From assembly GCA_949358305.1 (NCBI GenBank), contig OX442314.1, positions 4,402,001 through 4,466,000 of the forward strand: a stretch of DNA of 64,000 nucleotides, given 5' to 3'. The translations under genes were made by a program, and so were the position numbers. The notes beneath the pieces are model-generated. The model worked only from the letters and a program-made list of their open reading frames with translations. It made no database searches and was not told the origin of the DNA. This DNA is from Strigamia acuminata. Lineage: Eukaryota. Each line of letters opens with the position of its first letter. The stretch's first letter is position 1. Positions 1 to 13,600 of this stretch are shown here, piece after piece.

Positions 1-496
1 ACGACTTCTGCCTGATGTCGACCAGATTGACATCGCTCGGTGTTTCGATGTTGGGGATCTTGTGTTTGCAAGAGACTACCGGGGCACTCCTAAGTGGGTA
101 CCAGGTATTATTAAGACGAAGACTTCCTCATCTACGTACGACGTGGAAGTTGCCCTTGATGTGACATGGAATCAACACATTGACCAGTTGCGACGTCGCG
201 CAGATGCCAGTTTGTTGCCACAAAATGGGGGGAAAGATTGTAGAAGTTCCCTTCTTCCTTTTTCACTCACTTCTCAACCAACTGCACCGCCTGTGCCTGT
301 GCCTGATCCACCACTTGTCATTCCACCTGCTGTCGTACCACAAAATGTTGTGCCAATACACGCACCGCCGTTGCCCGCTCGTGCGCCATCGCCACCTGCG
401 ATCGCTGGTTCCAGTGTTCCAGTTCCAACAGTGCGCAGCCCTCGACCGGTTCAAAACAGGAAACAAACGGACTTCTTCGGTTTTCCACCAAATTAA
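1..496 (+). mobile_element. pol: 3' end of a Ty3/gypsy (Mag-like) pol: integrase C-terminal region, truncated by window edge
   Basis: ORF FARDYRGTPKWVPGII...TYDVEV...WNQHIDQLRRR resembles a gypsy integrase C-terminus, then a Pro-rich tail; PPT and LTR follow. Confidence 0.8.
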
Positions 497-640
497 TATT
501 TGTATGTGTTTTGAAATAATCAATTCCATTGTGTATTCGTTTTAAGTTCAATCATGTTTTATTAGCCATTTTTAAATGTGTTTGTTGTTTAACCTTTTTC
601 ATTCCTTCCTTGTATTTTGTATAATTGGTGTTTCTCCCAA

Positions 641-817
641 TTAAAGGGGATGTTGAAGTGTTCTACTCCATTGGTCAACCTTGACCAATTGTATCGTTTC
701 CGGCGCTTTTACAAGCAGCACCACCTTTTTGTTAATTTGAATAAAATTAGTTAGTTTAGTTTACTATGGCGACATGTTGTCTTTCTTGACCATCTTTCAT
801 CAAAACATAAGAACACA
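641..817 (+). mobile_element. Polypurine tract and short 3' LTR of the element at the window start
   Basis: TTAAAGGGGA (641-650) then TGTTG at 651; AATAAA near 740; ends in ...ACA at ~807-817 (right end approximate). Confidence 0.6.
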
Positions 818-1624
818 CTAATTATACGTGAGTATGCGTCCCAAACCAGGATAACCAGTCCCCGGGTTACCTTGGCAAAGACCATACCAGTCACATGGGG
901 AATATTAAATGTTCGTTTATATGACTGTCAATTTATGTAGTGAGAGATTCATTCTAGGACAAGTTATCTTGAGCTGAAATAAACGCGTCTATACTTTACT
1001 GATTTTGGAGTTGACTTGTTTTATTTATTGAATTGCTTGTAGTTGCCTAGGAACACTCCCAGACAACTTTACAATAAATGAGTGAACCGAAATAGTATTG
1101 TTAGAAAGAATGATGTCTTGATGATAGTCAAATATGGTGGACACGGCACATAGTTTTTTAATAGAAATTCTAAATGAGTTAAATCTCAACGGATTAAAAT
1201 ATTTTGAAAACTTTTATTGGACATTTACTGTAGTTCACAAAATTCCAACAGTCAATATCAGTATTTCTTGGTTTTCCGTGTCACAACATCAATAATTCAA
1301 CCCATTTTTATCCAATTAACTCCTGAAAGGCCTGACTGACAAGCAGCGCATACAGAACTGTACTTATCTATAATCGACCACTATGTTGCTGGGAAACTAT
1401 GTATTAATACACACGTGTTGTCAGTTCACCTTGAACTCTGCAAGAGTCACACAGCAGAAACTACAGCTACCAGCTTAATTGAAAAGCACATTCAAAAACA
1501 AAATATCTCTTCTGCATACAGGATTCAAAATTCACAAGTCTGTGTCCACATTTGTCAACATCATAAATGTAATTATAAACCACTCAATCTTCTACACTCA
1601 TTTGTTGTGCGATTAACCGAAGCA

Positions 1625-4600
1625 ATGGAAAGGAACAGAAAACTACGTCTGACAATTCTTCAATTAATGAGAGAAGATGCTAAAAAACCGAGCTGTGGTT
1701 TAACTGGTTTAAATGATTTCATTAAAAGAAAAAGACGTTGGAGCAAGATTCACGCTTCATGGCTTCTTTTGTTATTATTTTGCACATGCATTCTTACTTA
1801 TCAGACGTACGATAGAATAATGCATTACTTGAGTTATCCTACAGCTGTTGATGTATCGAGCAGATCGGATGACATCGTTTTACCATACATCACGATCTGC
1901 AGTACGAATACAAAAGAAATGGCTAGGCTTTGGAATAAGAGTAGTGAATTAGATAAATCAAATCTATTCCAGTGCACAAACATGATGAAAACTCTTATGG
2001 CTCGCCCAATTTACAAGATGGATGAAGTTTGGAAAGCAACTAATTTGACACCGGAAATAGTGAGCATCAAAATGAAAGTAAAAGAAAAGCAAAAATCAAA
2101 AACTAAAGTATCATAAAGAATAAAATCTAATCATTTACACCTCTGCAGGGATATTCAAACAAAAGCTTTGTCCAGTCGGAAATAGACAGCCCCTTTGGAA
2201 TGTGCTCAGCATTTCGATTTGGTAAGTGATTAATTAACTGCCTTACTGACAAGGGGAGAGCACTAATAAGCTATTTTAAAATTTTAAAATTAATTATATT
2301 AATTATATTTGTTAAAAAAATAAAATTAATTATATTAAAATTTTTTAAAAACAAATATAAAATAACAAACATTAACATTACTGCTAAAAAAAATAAAAAA
2401 TAAAAGTAAAAATTTTCACAGACAACAGGATTTGAACCTGTGTAGAAAGATTCCTAGTCCATTGCCTTAACCACTGGGCCACCACTACACACTATTGTTG
2501 CCTTCATGCAGGCAGTCATGTTGGTGAACAAAGTTGTGATGTCATATGTCATGAGATATCAAATTACTTGGGTCCCAGAGTAAGGTTTGAACAGGCTAAT
2601 CACCAAGTGTAATGCTACACCTTTTTACTCAGCCTATTTGCATGAAAAATGAACTCCCTCAGTCAACAAAGTTCTACATTGACAATGTCATTGTTACTTA
2701 ACTCTAGCTTATGGAGCAAAATGCTTTGAAATGGTTAAAAAACTGCTTGTAATTGTTATCTCACCAAATTAATTTTAAAATTTTAAAATAGCTTATTAGT
2801 GCTCTCCCCTTGTGAGTTCGCTTCACTGCATAAATTTAATATTGTTAATCCTTGGCGTTGTTTTCCCAGCCTTCTTTATGTTTATTTATTATTTATGCAA
2901 ATAAAATCACTTGTAATTTTACTGTAACAGTGACCATATCGCCCATTCGTTATCAACTATCGTGAAATGCATTGAGTACGATCCGTACTATGCCTAAAAG
3001 TGTATTGTTTGTTGCTTAAATCAGGAGGCTGATGAAATCATGTGAGACATCCATTGTGTTAAAAACAACAACTATCGCCACCTTTTAATGACACTAATAA
3101 CTACTAATACAAGAACGCCATCTGGCGTGATAAATACACAAATATCACACATCCCCCTCCTAGTTACAAAGTTATAATTGGAACGAACTAAACGAATTAA
3201 ATGAATCAAATGAAAAGAGTTCTTTAACAACTCTTCGATCAGCCGACTTGGCTTATTGACCGCTCTTCCGCTCCTTGTAACCATCGGTCTTGGAGATGTT
3301 CGCATCGTCTCTGGTGATTGTCGAACCGGAACTGGGATCTCGGCCGCCGCTGGTGCCTGTTGTTCCATTGGTGGTTCCTCGACCTCACTGGACTCATCTG
3401 CTTGGCTGTCCCCTGGATCGATGTCGTCCGGCTTGTCCGACTCAACCTTCAGTGGGATGAGGTGGAATCGATTGCGTTGCACCGTTCGCTTATCGGTGTT
3501 AACGACGTATGAGCGTGGTCGTTCCGCCTTCTTCTCTATGACGCCCGATCGCCTCAAATCGATGATCCAAACCCTCTCGCCTGGTTGTAGATCTGGAAGA
3601 TCCCTCGCTCGATGTCGCTTGTCAAAATTCCTCTTTTGGTCTGCTATTCTCTTCTCCTCCTTTCCCCGAAGAAGTTTCGCATCTGGAGTCTTCGGCATCA
3701 GTTGGGTTGCGGCGATCGGAACTTCGGTCCTGGTTTTCCGCCCCATCAGCAGCTCCGCGGGTGTGAATCCGTTTGCTAGTGGAGTCGCACGATAGCTTTG
3801 AAGTGCTTTAAAACCGTCACTAGATTTCTTCAAAATCCGCTTGATGACTTTGACCCCGGCCTCTGCGAACCCATTACTCTGAGGATATTTCGGACTCGAT
3901 GTAGTGTGAATGAATTTCCAGTCCGCCGCGAATATGGAAAACTCTGATTTCAATAGAGTCCCAAATTGCGTTCCATTATCGCTGACCACTTCTTCTGGCG
4001 TACCGTATCGCGAAAATATCGATTTTAGAAATTGAATCACTTCGCTTTCCTTGAGCAATGTCAGCGTCTTGACTTCTGGATACCGCGAGTAGTAATCTTC
4101 AACTAGCAAATACCACTGACAATCCAAGTAGAAAAGATCCATGCCAACTTTTTGCCATGGCCGTCTTGGGAATTCTGCCGGCATGAGTGGTTCGTGAAGA
4201 TTTGAGGATTCCTTTATACATTCTGTACACGTGGAAATGCGTTTTTCGACATCCCTCGAAATCCCTGGCCACCAAACCGCAGACCTTGCCCTGGCTCGAC
4301 ATTTCGTGATTCCTAAGTGTCCCGTGTGGATCTTGTCCAATATGAATTCTCGTAATTCGGCTGGGATCACAATTCTTGACCCTTTCATGAGTAGGCCTTC
4401 TTCAATGGCTATCTCGTCTCAATATTGCCAAAAGTCCCCTAACCCTTGTAGTAATTGATCTTTGGTTGGCCATCCATGTTGACTGAACTGCCGTAGCTTG
4501 ATGCAAATCAGATCTCTATTCTGGACATCAATAATTTCACCCAAGCGTTGGTCAGTTGCTTGAAGATGCTTGGTGATCAGCTGCACATATGCAGTCACGC

Positions 4601-7600
4601 AACCCTCGAGTCGTTGCTCAATGTCGCCATCTTCTTCAGTGTCTGGCAATGGACGCCTTGACAAAACATCAGCCGCGCCTAACTCCTTGCCTGGAATGTG
4701 CTTGACCGTGTAGCAGTATCGCTGAAGTCGAAGTCGCATCCGTTGCAATTTCGGAGTGATCTCGTCAAGTTCCTTCGTCATCAAGATGGGTACCAACGGC
4801 TTGTGGTCAGTTTCCAGACAGACGGGAATTCCAATGATGAAGTTCTTGAACCTATCACATGCCCATACGAGAGCATATCCCTCTTTCTCTATCTGTGCCC
4901 AGTTCTTCTGACATTTCGTTAAGGTTTTACTCGCGTAGGCAATCGGCCTGAATTTGCCGTCATTTTGCTTTTGCTTAAGCACCGCGCCGACTCCATACAA
5001 AGATGCATCTGCTGTGATCACTGTCTCTCTCGTAGGATCGACCCACGCTAATGTTGGGGCCTTTGATAATTCCTCTTTAATGGCGTCAAACGCCGCTTCT
5101 TGTTGCGTCCCCCATCGGAATTCATTCTTGCCGCCCAATAGTTCATTCAACGGGTGTGCTTTTGTTGCCAAATTCGGGATGAATCTACCCAGGTAATTGA
5201 CTGAACCCAGTAGACTTCGTAATTCCGACACATTTTCGGGTTTGCCCATTTTTCTAATGGCAACTATTCGATCATCATCGACGTGAACTCCAGCTTGATT
5301 GATGATGTGTCCCAGGAATTTTATCTTGGTTTTCCCAAACTCGCATTTCGCTACGTTCAACGTTATTCCAGCTGCTAGCAAGCGTTGTGACGGTTTACAA
5401 TGGCTATAAATGCCTATTTTCTTAGAAAGAAGCGCTGTTGCGCCATTATCATGATATCTCGAAGATATTCTGTGTAAAACTGATAAATGTCTGGAATAAA
5501 GTTATTTATGATGTTTCAAATACAAAGATGTTCGTTTATTAAGAATAAACACTCATTCCTACTTGATATCAAAGGATTCCGGCCGAATCACGAAGAGTCG
5601 TCTGCTAAAACCGCATTTGTCAATGCGCAATGTTGCCACAAGATGGCGCGATTACGATTTAGCGGCAAATTCAAGATATGAATATAAAACATGTAAATAA
5701 ATATAAAACTATATTTACTAGAATGAAACGAAGCTTTGTGAACATTAATATAAAGATATATTAATGTCTTGTGATGTTAAATACAATGTAACTTCCATTT
5801 TCTGCGGGACAGGACATTTGGTGATCAATCGATCAACCAATAGATCTGATTGGTGGATCCATTTCCGGTCCTGGGTATCCAGTTCCGGTTGTGGTGAGAA
5901 TTAGCACATTGTTCCTCCGTATCCACTTCCGGTGATACGGGATTGGAGGGATTCGTGGAACCCATGTTCCAATTGGATAACTGGATTAATCCTTAATCCA
6001 GTCAGGTTATATAAACCCAAACAACCGGCCATTCTGCAGCTCTGTTTGATTATTTTCTGTTTGGTATTGTTACTTAAGAAATATGATTCGTTGTTCACGT
6101 AAAAAAACCTTTTGGTTCTTTGTTGATTTATTCGCAAAGAACCGTTGCATGATTCTACAGAATCATGCCACCGCCGGCAATTGAAGTCGAAGTGCTGGGA
6201 TCATTATGTTGCATAAATGTTACAGTTTACGGTTGCGACGCCGAAGGAGAACCCGCCGTTGTGCAATTCAGTATCCTCCGGACAGGACCAAGTTGTCTTT
6301 TTCGGTATGAACGTATTCCGTTACCACGAGTAGCATCGGTATTGTTGAGAATCGGTTCCTTCACCTGATGGTGCCAAAGCAGTCTGTTTTACAGTAACCA
6401 CGAGTAGCACCAAGTGTTTGGCAAGCTGATTCTCATGGTATTCGATGCCAAAGCAGTCGGTCTATTATTAGTACCGCGAGAGATAAAACTGCTGTGCGGA
6501 GCCGCGAGCTATCGACCCCTGTGTACGTGGTACCGTCAACCACTCGATGGACGACCGTGCTGCGACGCCGGGGACGCTTGATACCGTTCTGCATGGCAAG
6601 GCGTATATTCTAATCGATGGCAATTGTGTGTTGCGACGGGAAGCTTAATCTTCATTTTATTTATAACAGCAAAACTTAAACTCGACAACCAGTTGGACCA
6701 AAATCAAGTCAGAAGACTTAATCTCATATTGAACTCAATATAACCGATAAGTTGACGACAACTTATTCCCGAAATATCTAAATAAGAATTCACAACGATA
6801 TGAATTAAATATAATTCATAAGTGGAATATTGATAAGTAAATGAATACATTTACTTACACCAATATCCTCCCAAAGTTGTGGCGGTGCAGACAAAGTCAA
6901 CCGCAATGCTCAGATCATTCGATTTATCGACGTGCGATAGTTTACACAGCGAACCAAGGAAACCAGCGAAGCCGTATCGGACTCCAGGACACAGCCATCC
7001 GGCTTAAGATGACATCTATAATCAGGTCGAGCGATGGGGAAACCGCTCCCATATTCCAGACCCGTAGTGATATTATTCTAGGGCCAGTTGGCCAATTCTT
7101 TGTATAGTTTAATAGCTGATTTAACTTGCCAAATGTCGGCATTAGTCCTATGTATAATTTAGCCTTGATATTATTGTTTACCAACAATAAACTGTCTTGT
7201 ATTTATCTCGTATTGTATTCACTGTTTATTTATTGCGATCTCTTCCCGGTACCATTGTTAAATGGGAGTTGTGGTCGTCACCGTCACACGTGGAGGTCCC
7301 ACCGAGATTAGGTTGCAATTAAATTCGATTGAATTGCAACAGTGAATATTGGAGATAAATATTTAACTAAAAGATTTAAGTTAAAAATAGACAGATTAAA
7401 TTTTCAGTTTATATTTCCATGTGAAGAAGTTAAACTGATGAAATAGAAATACGTAGTAGATTTTCCTTCATTATTTTCGTTTGAAGATTTTAGGGATTTC
7501 AAAGACTACCACCTAATCTCACACGTGGAGGTCCCACCGAGATTAGGTTGCAATTAAATTCGATAGAATTGTAAAAGTGAATTTTGAGATAAATATTTAA

Positions 7601-10600
7601 CTAAAAGATTTAGTTAAAAAACAGACCAGTTTCAAACCATGTTTATTTTCTTGAGAAACACCAAAACTGTCCTTTAACTAGGAATTTCGGAAGTTATAGA
7701 CCTATCACACGATCACTGAAATAGGTTGCAAATTAATTCGATCGAATTGCAAAAGCGAATCTTGAATCCGATATTAACAAAAAAATTTTAGTTAAAACAG
7801 ACAAATAGATTTTCAGTTTATATTTTCATGTGAAAAGTTAAACTGACGAAATGGAAACGTTTAGTGAACTCTCTTTACTATTTTCGTTCGACAATTTAAG
7901 GAATACGAAGTATTTTAAATAAGAAATCAAAAAAAAGTTTCGAGTGAAATAAGAATACAGATATTTTTTTCGAAGTTTGTTTTATTTCGAAAAGCTAAAA
8001 ACATACAAGTTTAGAAGGCGGACTTCTTACGAATTTATCTTTCCACCTGAAAAGTTAAAACGAAGAAAACACCGCAACTATTTGGAAATATTTACAAGAA
8101 ATTAAGTTTCTTGTAACTGTACGTCGACACCGATAGCCAGCGACCACGCGCCATAGCAATACGCGTCGATCTCCGTATCAAACGCAGCAGGGAAGCTACT
8201 CAAACCTTCAACGCAAGGTGCGAACGAATGCTTGGAAATTATGGCGGACAACAGATAAAAGACAGCGGAGAAATGTTACAGAAGGTTCGTAGAGATTTAT
8301 TTAAGTGTCGCGAACTAATTTTTCCACTGCCATCGGTACCAAAGATAATTTAGTTGTTGGAGAAAAACAACACACTCCATTTCGCAGAAAAGATTTGCAA
8401 ATCGAAATGAATATTACCTTTATTTGAAGGAATTAACTATTTTCACAAAAAGGAAAATTTTTCCTTCGGGACAATGGAAATTAAGAAAATATAAAATGGC
8501 GGCGAATGAAGTTGCCGACCACGTAGAATAGTATTTTTTACATTGAAAGTTACGAATCACGATAAACGCTTTCCCTCGGAAAAGTAAAAGGATTTCATTC
8601 AATCTTTCCTTTCGGAAATTTAACAGTGTTTTAAGTTTCCAACGATATTTGGGTCTCCCAAATTTTGAGAATTTCTAAATGAAATTTAGCTGTTTGAAAA
8701 ACAACGAATATTTTTAGTAATCTAATCGGACATTTTCCCACATGATTTCTTAAAACCGGAATAACAAATCCATTTGTGGCTATGAACTTTGCCACATGAA
8801 ATATTTACGGAGCGAATATTTTTTGATTGGATTGAAGCTTTAAAATCAGATAGCTGATTTAAACGAAGAAAATAAGTTTCAAAGTAATTATTTTTCTTTC
8901 GGAAAAATCAAATAAATCACCGCTGATGAAAAGTTGTATTTTTCCATTCGAAAAAACTAAGAATTGCACAAGATTTATCTTCTATTTTGAACATAGATTT
9001 TATTCGGAAAAGGAAAGATTCTAGATACATTATTTTTCTCTAAAAATTAAGAATTTAGTCAATTTTCCTAAAGGTTAATGGAATGTCATCATATATTTCG
9101 TTCGTAATTTACGTGTTAAAGTTTAATCAGAAAAACGATTGAATATGTTTTATTTGCGATAAGTAAAAGAAAGGTTCTTTAAAAATGGAATTTCGATGCA
9201 AATCCCACAGTAAAGGGAATGTTATGTGTGAGCAATTAACGAAAAGTTGGAATAACTTCATTTTATTTCATTCAAAAGTAGTTGTGAAAAATCAATTTCA
9301 AATATTTTTCAAAGAAAAATTATTTTTATCGGAAAAAAGTAATTTACATGTCCTCGCGCGGACCGAGTAGTAAACTGCTTAATTGTGACATCGATACTGT
9401 TATTGTGTCACGTGTTATACGGAATTCCAAACCAGTGAATTACGAATTTTGGCGCGATAGGAATAGAAGTTTGACAGTGAAAGTTCTCCAGATTTGTCTT
9501 TTCATTTGAAAAGTTCAAATTGAGGAAATGCTGCAGCAGATGAAGGTATTTACGACAATTGAGATTTAAATATTCTTTCATTCAAAAGATAAAAGATCTC
9601 TGCAAAAACATCTCGTTATTAGAGATAAGGGGGACGAAAATTATTAAAACGAATAATCAAAGACACGTCCTTCGTAAATATCGCAAAGGAATAACTAATT
9701 GTGAAAACAATTGTCCGCTCAGGAAAAGTGGAATTTAGCTAGATATTTTCTTTCGAAAAATCAAAGCAATTGTCATCAAAAAAGAAAGATTTGATGAATA
9801 ATTTTTACCCAAAAGTCTAAAGGATTGTCGAATAGTTTTCTCCCGAAAAACAAGTACACATTTGTACCAATAACTTTATCGTTTAAAGTAAAATTTCGAA
9901 TATTTTCTTTTGGAAGATTAGAGAATTAGATAATTTTTCTCGCAAAACAAATTTAAAGAATTTTAACGAATTTTTATTTGTTAAAAAAATTTGTTAAAAA
10001 AGGGGGAGATGGATGGTGAAAATTTATTTTTTCACACTCGAAAAATGGAATTTAAACCCGAAAAAGTAAAGACTTGGTCAAATTATTCTTCCTATTGGAA
10101 ATGAATACACAATGTTGGGAATCGAAAATAGATTTCAATTACAAAGGAATGATTATTTGAACGATAATTGAATAAGAATAAGAAAAATTGAGAGTTTGAG
10201 AAAACTTTATTAAAACTGTGGTTGTAATGATATTACACACTAAACGGAATAATCAAAGAAAAATATTTTTTGAAGAAAAGTTATTTAATTATTTGGATTG
10301 GTAAAAATCCCAAAGTTCAAGAAGATTGAAGTAAGTTTATTTTATTTTCATTTGAAAAATACAATATTTTACGAATGTCTTCCCGAAGGAATTTTATTTT
10401 ATCGGTAAAATTGAATCTCGAAGGGAACGGACTTAGTAGAGAACTACTAAATAGATGTAACGTCCTTTATACCATTGGCCGACACTAACATCCGCCAATC
10501 AGAAGTTGGGAGATCTAGGGATCCCCAGCCCCCTGCTATTAAAGGAGGACCAGATCAGATACTGATCATTCGCATCCAGACCAGACCAGAAGACGTGTTC

Positions 10601-13600
10601 CAGAGTCATCTTGACCACGCCGTCCCGATTTCAGTCACGATTCGAATTTTGTGTGCCGTGTAACCTGCAAAAGCTAACACGTGTCAAACAAACGCGAAGT
10701 TTAATTTTATTTTGTCAAAAGTAAAGTTTAGAAGTGTTTCTTGTTGAAAAGTGTATTATATTCGTCTTCTTTATAAATTAAAGAATTAAAATCGTCAGAT
10801 TTTGAATTTTTTTATGGCTCAAAAACCATTGAATATGATCGATCCAAAAGGAAATAATAAGCAGACAAACTTAAATTTAAGTTCTGTACCACTTGGCGAT
10901 CAAACAGAAAAGATTCCCGATCATTTTACTCTGTATTGTAATCGTCATGGACTGGATAAAACCAAGTTTAAAAATATAATCGAAGCTTCAGACTATGTAA
11001 AAGCTAGGAACTGGCGAGATCGTACCCAATCTCAATCTTCACATCAAGATCCAGTACGGAATCCACAAACATACAGCCGAAACTTAGTGAATCAAGATTC
11101 TCATACTATGTTTCAAACATCCAGTAGGGGATCTAAGTTAGAAAAGTTTAAACCACCTAATTCGGTAGATAAGGGGGAAGAGAATTATAAACCTAATAAT
11201 TCTCGTCCAGAGAGTTCGTTAACTAACCAGTCGGTTGTTCAGAACAAATTAAAACTCGTTTACAATCGAGATCAGCTAATTTCAGTTCGATATGCTAATC
11301 CAGCTGAAGCACAACGATATGTGGCTAGCCTTAATCTGTCGATTAACCTACCGCTATCAAAAGAATTGGGAACCGTAAACAAAAGTTTTGGGCCACCAAT
11401 ATCAACGCAAAGGAAAGATATTCGGACTCCAAACAAACATTTGCAGTCAAATAACGTACAACAACGTGCCCGATCGCCGATCACAAACTCATGTTTGCGG
11501 ACGTATGATTTGTCTACCAAGAAGAGTCCCCAGCCAAGACAATTCTACCTAACGCCCATTTCAAATCGAAAAAAGGTCAAGCAAACTTTTCCCTTGAAAA
11601 AGTATTACCAACACGATAATGAGAATGATTTTAAACCTAAAAAAGAAAGTTTTTTGACTAACCCACGGGAGATCCGGTATCAATTCGAACAGTATTGTAA
11701 ACAATACCAGTTAAATTCAGCTGAATTTAAAAATATAAACGAAGCGCAACAATTCGTATTTCGAAATCAATACCGTAACCAACGACTAAAACCCGTCCCA
11801 GTCGTCAATCTGACGGAGATACAACAATTTGCGTCTGGAAAGCAACCCTGCAATATCCAGAATAATTCATCTCAACGAGAGGAATTAAGAACTTCAAAAA
11901 AGCGTTTTCGGTCACCAAGTCCAGCTGGTGATGAAGAAACTTCAAGTACAAACCAACATGTTCAAAAACTGACTGAAAACCCAGGTTTCCAATCATCAGT
12001 TCCACGACTTAGAGTCAAATATAGATCCCCTCGTTTGTTGCGGGATTTCACAATTCCAAATATGGGTCCTTTCCACGTATGGTTTTCCAATGAGGGTCCC
12101 ATTCATGTATGGTTTTCCAGAGATGACCTAAAACAAAAAGTTGGGTCGTCACGGTCATTTACACTGCCAAGTCAGTACACTGTATGTAACTGCCCAAAGA
12201 AAAAACGTCGAAAGAAATCAGTACAGCAGGCTGAGAGATCTCGGAAATTTGCAAATATGCGAGCTCAATATTTAGCAAAGAATCATGTTGATTAACATGA
12301 TATGATACACAAAGATTCCCCGATTATAGTGTAAACAGAAAATCCTCTTCTAAAAATCATGACCTCTCTTCTAAAGAAAAGGGGGACAAAATATAAAAGT
12401 TAGAATTAACAAAATTTTGAAAAGTAATGCTACATTATTAAGACAACTAGTTTAATTAAATTAGTCAATTGTACAAAGAATACCAAGTGACTCCGGTCAT
12501 GACAATTAAGGGGGACAATTATGATTTCTTAATTGTCAACTCTTATCATCTAAAAGCTATTTATTGTATATTTATAGCGATACATCTGACTAGGCATATG
12601 AAATAAATATTTTGTGATAACACAAATGATGATTTTATGTATGACGAAAGTTTCTTCAAAAAGAAGACTTGGAAATAAATTCTGGACTTGAATTTAGGCT
12701 ATTAGAAAAGATTATTTCGGCAGAAAATCAGAACTTAGATAATTCAAGTTAGTTTATGTAAGCTCAAATTCGAAATTGGAAGTCACGGTATCTCCAAGAT
12801 ACATCAAGTCCGAAAATAGCATTTATGCTAATTAGGAGAATAACGAAAACTCTATAAAATTTTATATAATTGTGTTATTAAGGGGGATGTGTGACGGTTT
12901 ACAATGGCTATAAATGCCTATTTTCTTAGAAAGAAGCGCTGTTGCGCCATTATCATGATATCTCGAAGATATTCTGTGTAAAACTGATAAATGTCTGGAA
13001 TAAAGTTATTTATGATGTTTCAAATACAAAGATGTTCGTTTATTAAGAATAAACACTCATTCCTACTTGATATCAAAGGATTCCGGCCGAATCACGAAGA
13101 GTCGTCTGCTAAAACCGCATTTGTCAATGCGCAATGTTGCCACAAGATGGCGCGATTACGATTTAGCGGCAAATTCAAGATATGAATATAAAACATGTAA
13201 ATAAATATAAAACTATATTTACTAGAATGAAACGAAGCTTTGTGAACATTAATATAAAGATATATTAATGTCTTGTGATGTTAAATACAATGTAACTTCC
13301 ATTTTCTGCGGGACAGGACATTTGGTGATCAATCGATCAACCAATAGATCTGATTGGTGGATCCATTTCCGGTCCTGGGTATCCAGTTCCGGTTGTGGTG
13401 AGAATTAGCACATTGTTCCTCCGTATCCACTTCCGGTGATACGGGATTGGAGGGATTCGTGGAACCCATGTTCCAATTGGATAACTGGATTAATCCTTAA
13501 TCCAGTCAGGTTATATAAACCCAAACAACCGGCCATTCTGCAGCTCTGTTTGATTATTTTCTGTTTGGTATTGTTACTTAAGAAATATGATTCGTTGTTC

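Noticed and set aside
1415..1624. N-terminal extension of the gene 1 ORF
   Set aside because: Starts at GTG; ATG 1625 (MERN) matches the gene 2 start (MERE)
2421..2488. Functional tRNA
   Set aside because: Acceptor stem and variable arm are broken
6366..6411. Hammerhead or hairpin ribozyme call
   Set aside because: CTGATGG rather than CTGATGA, no GAAA core, and hairpin loop B absent; kept as an unknown motif
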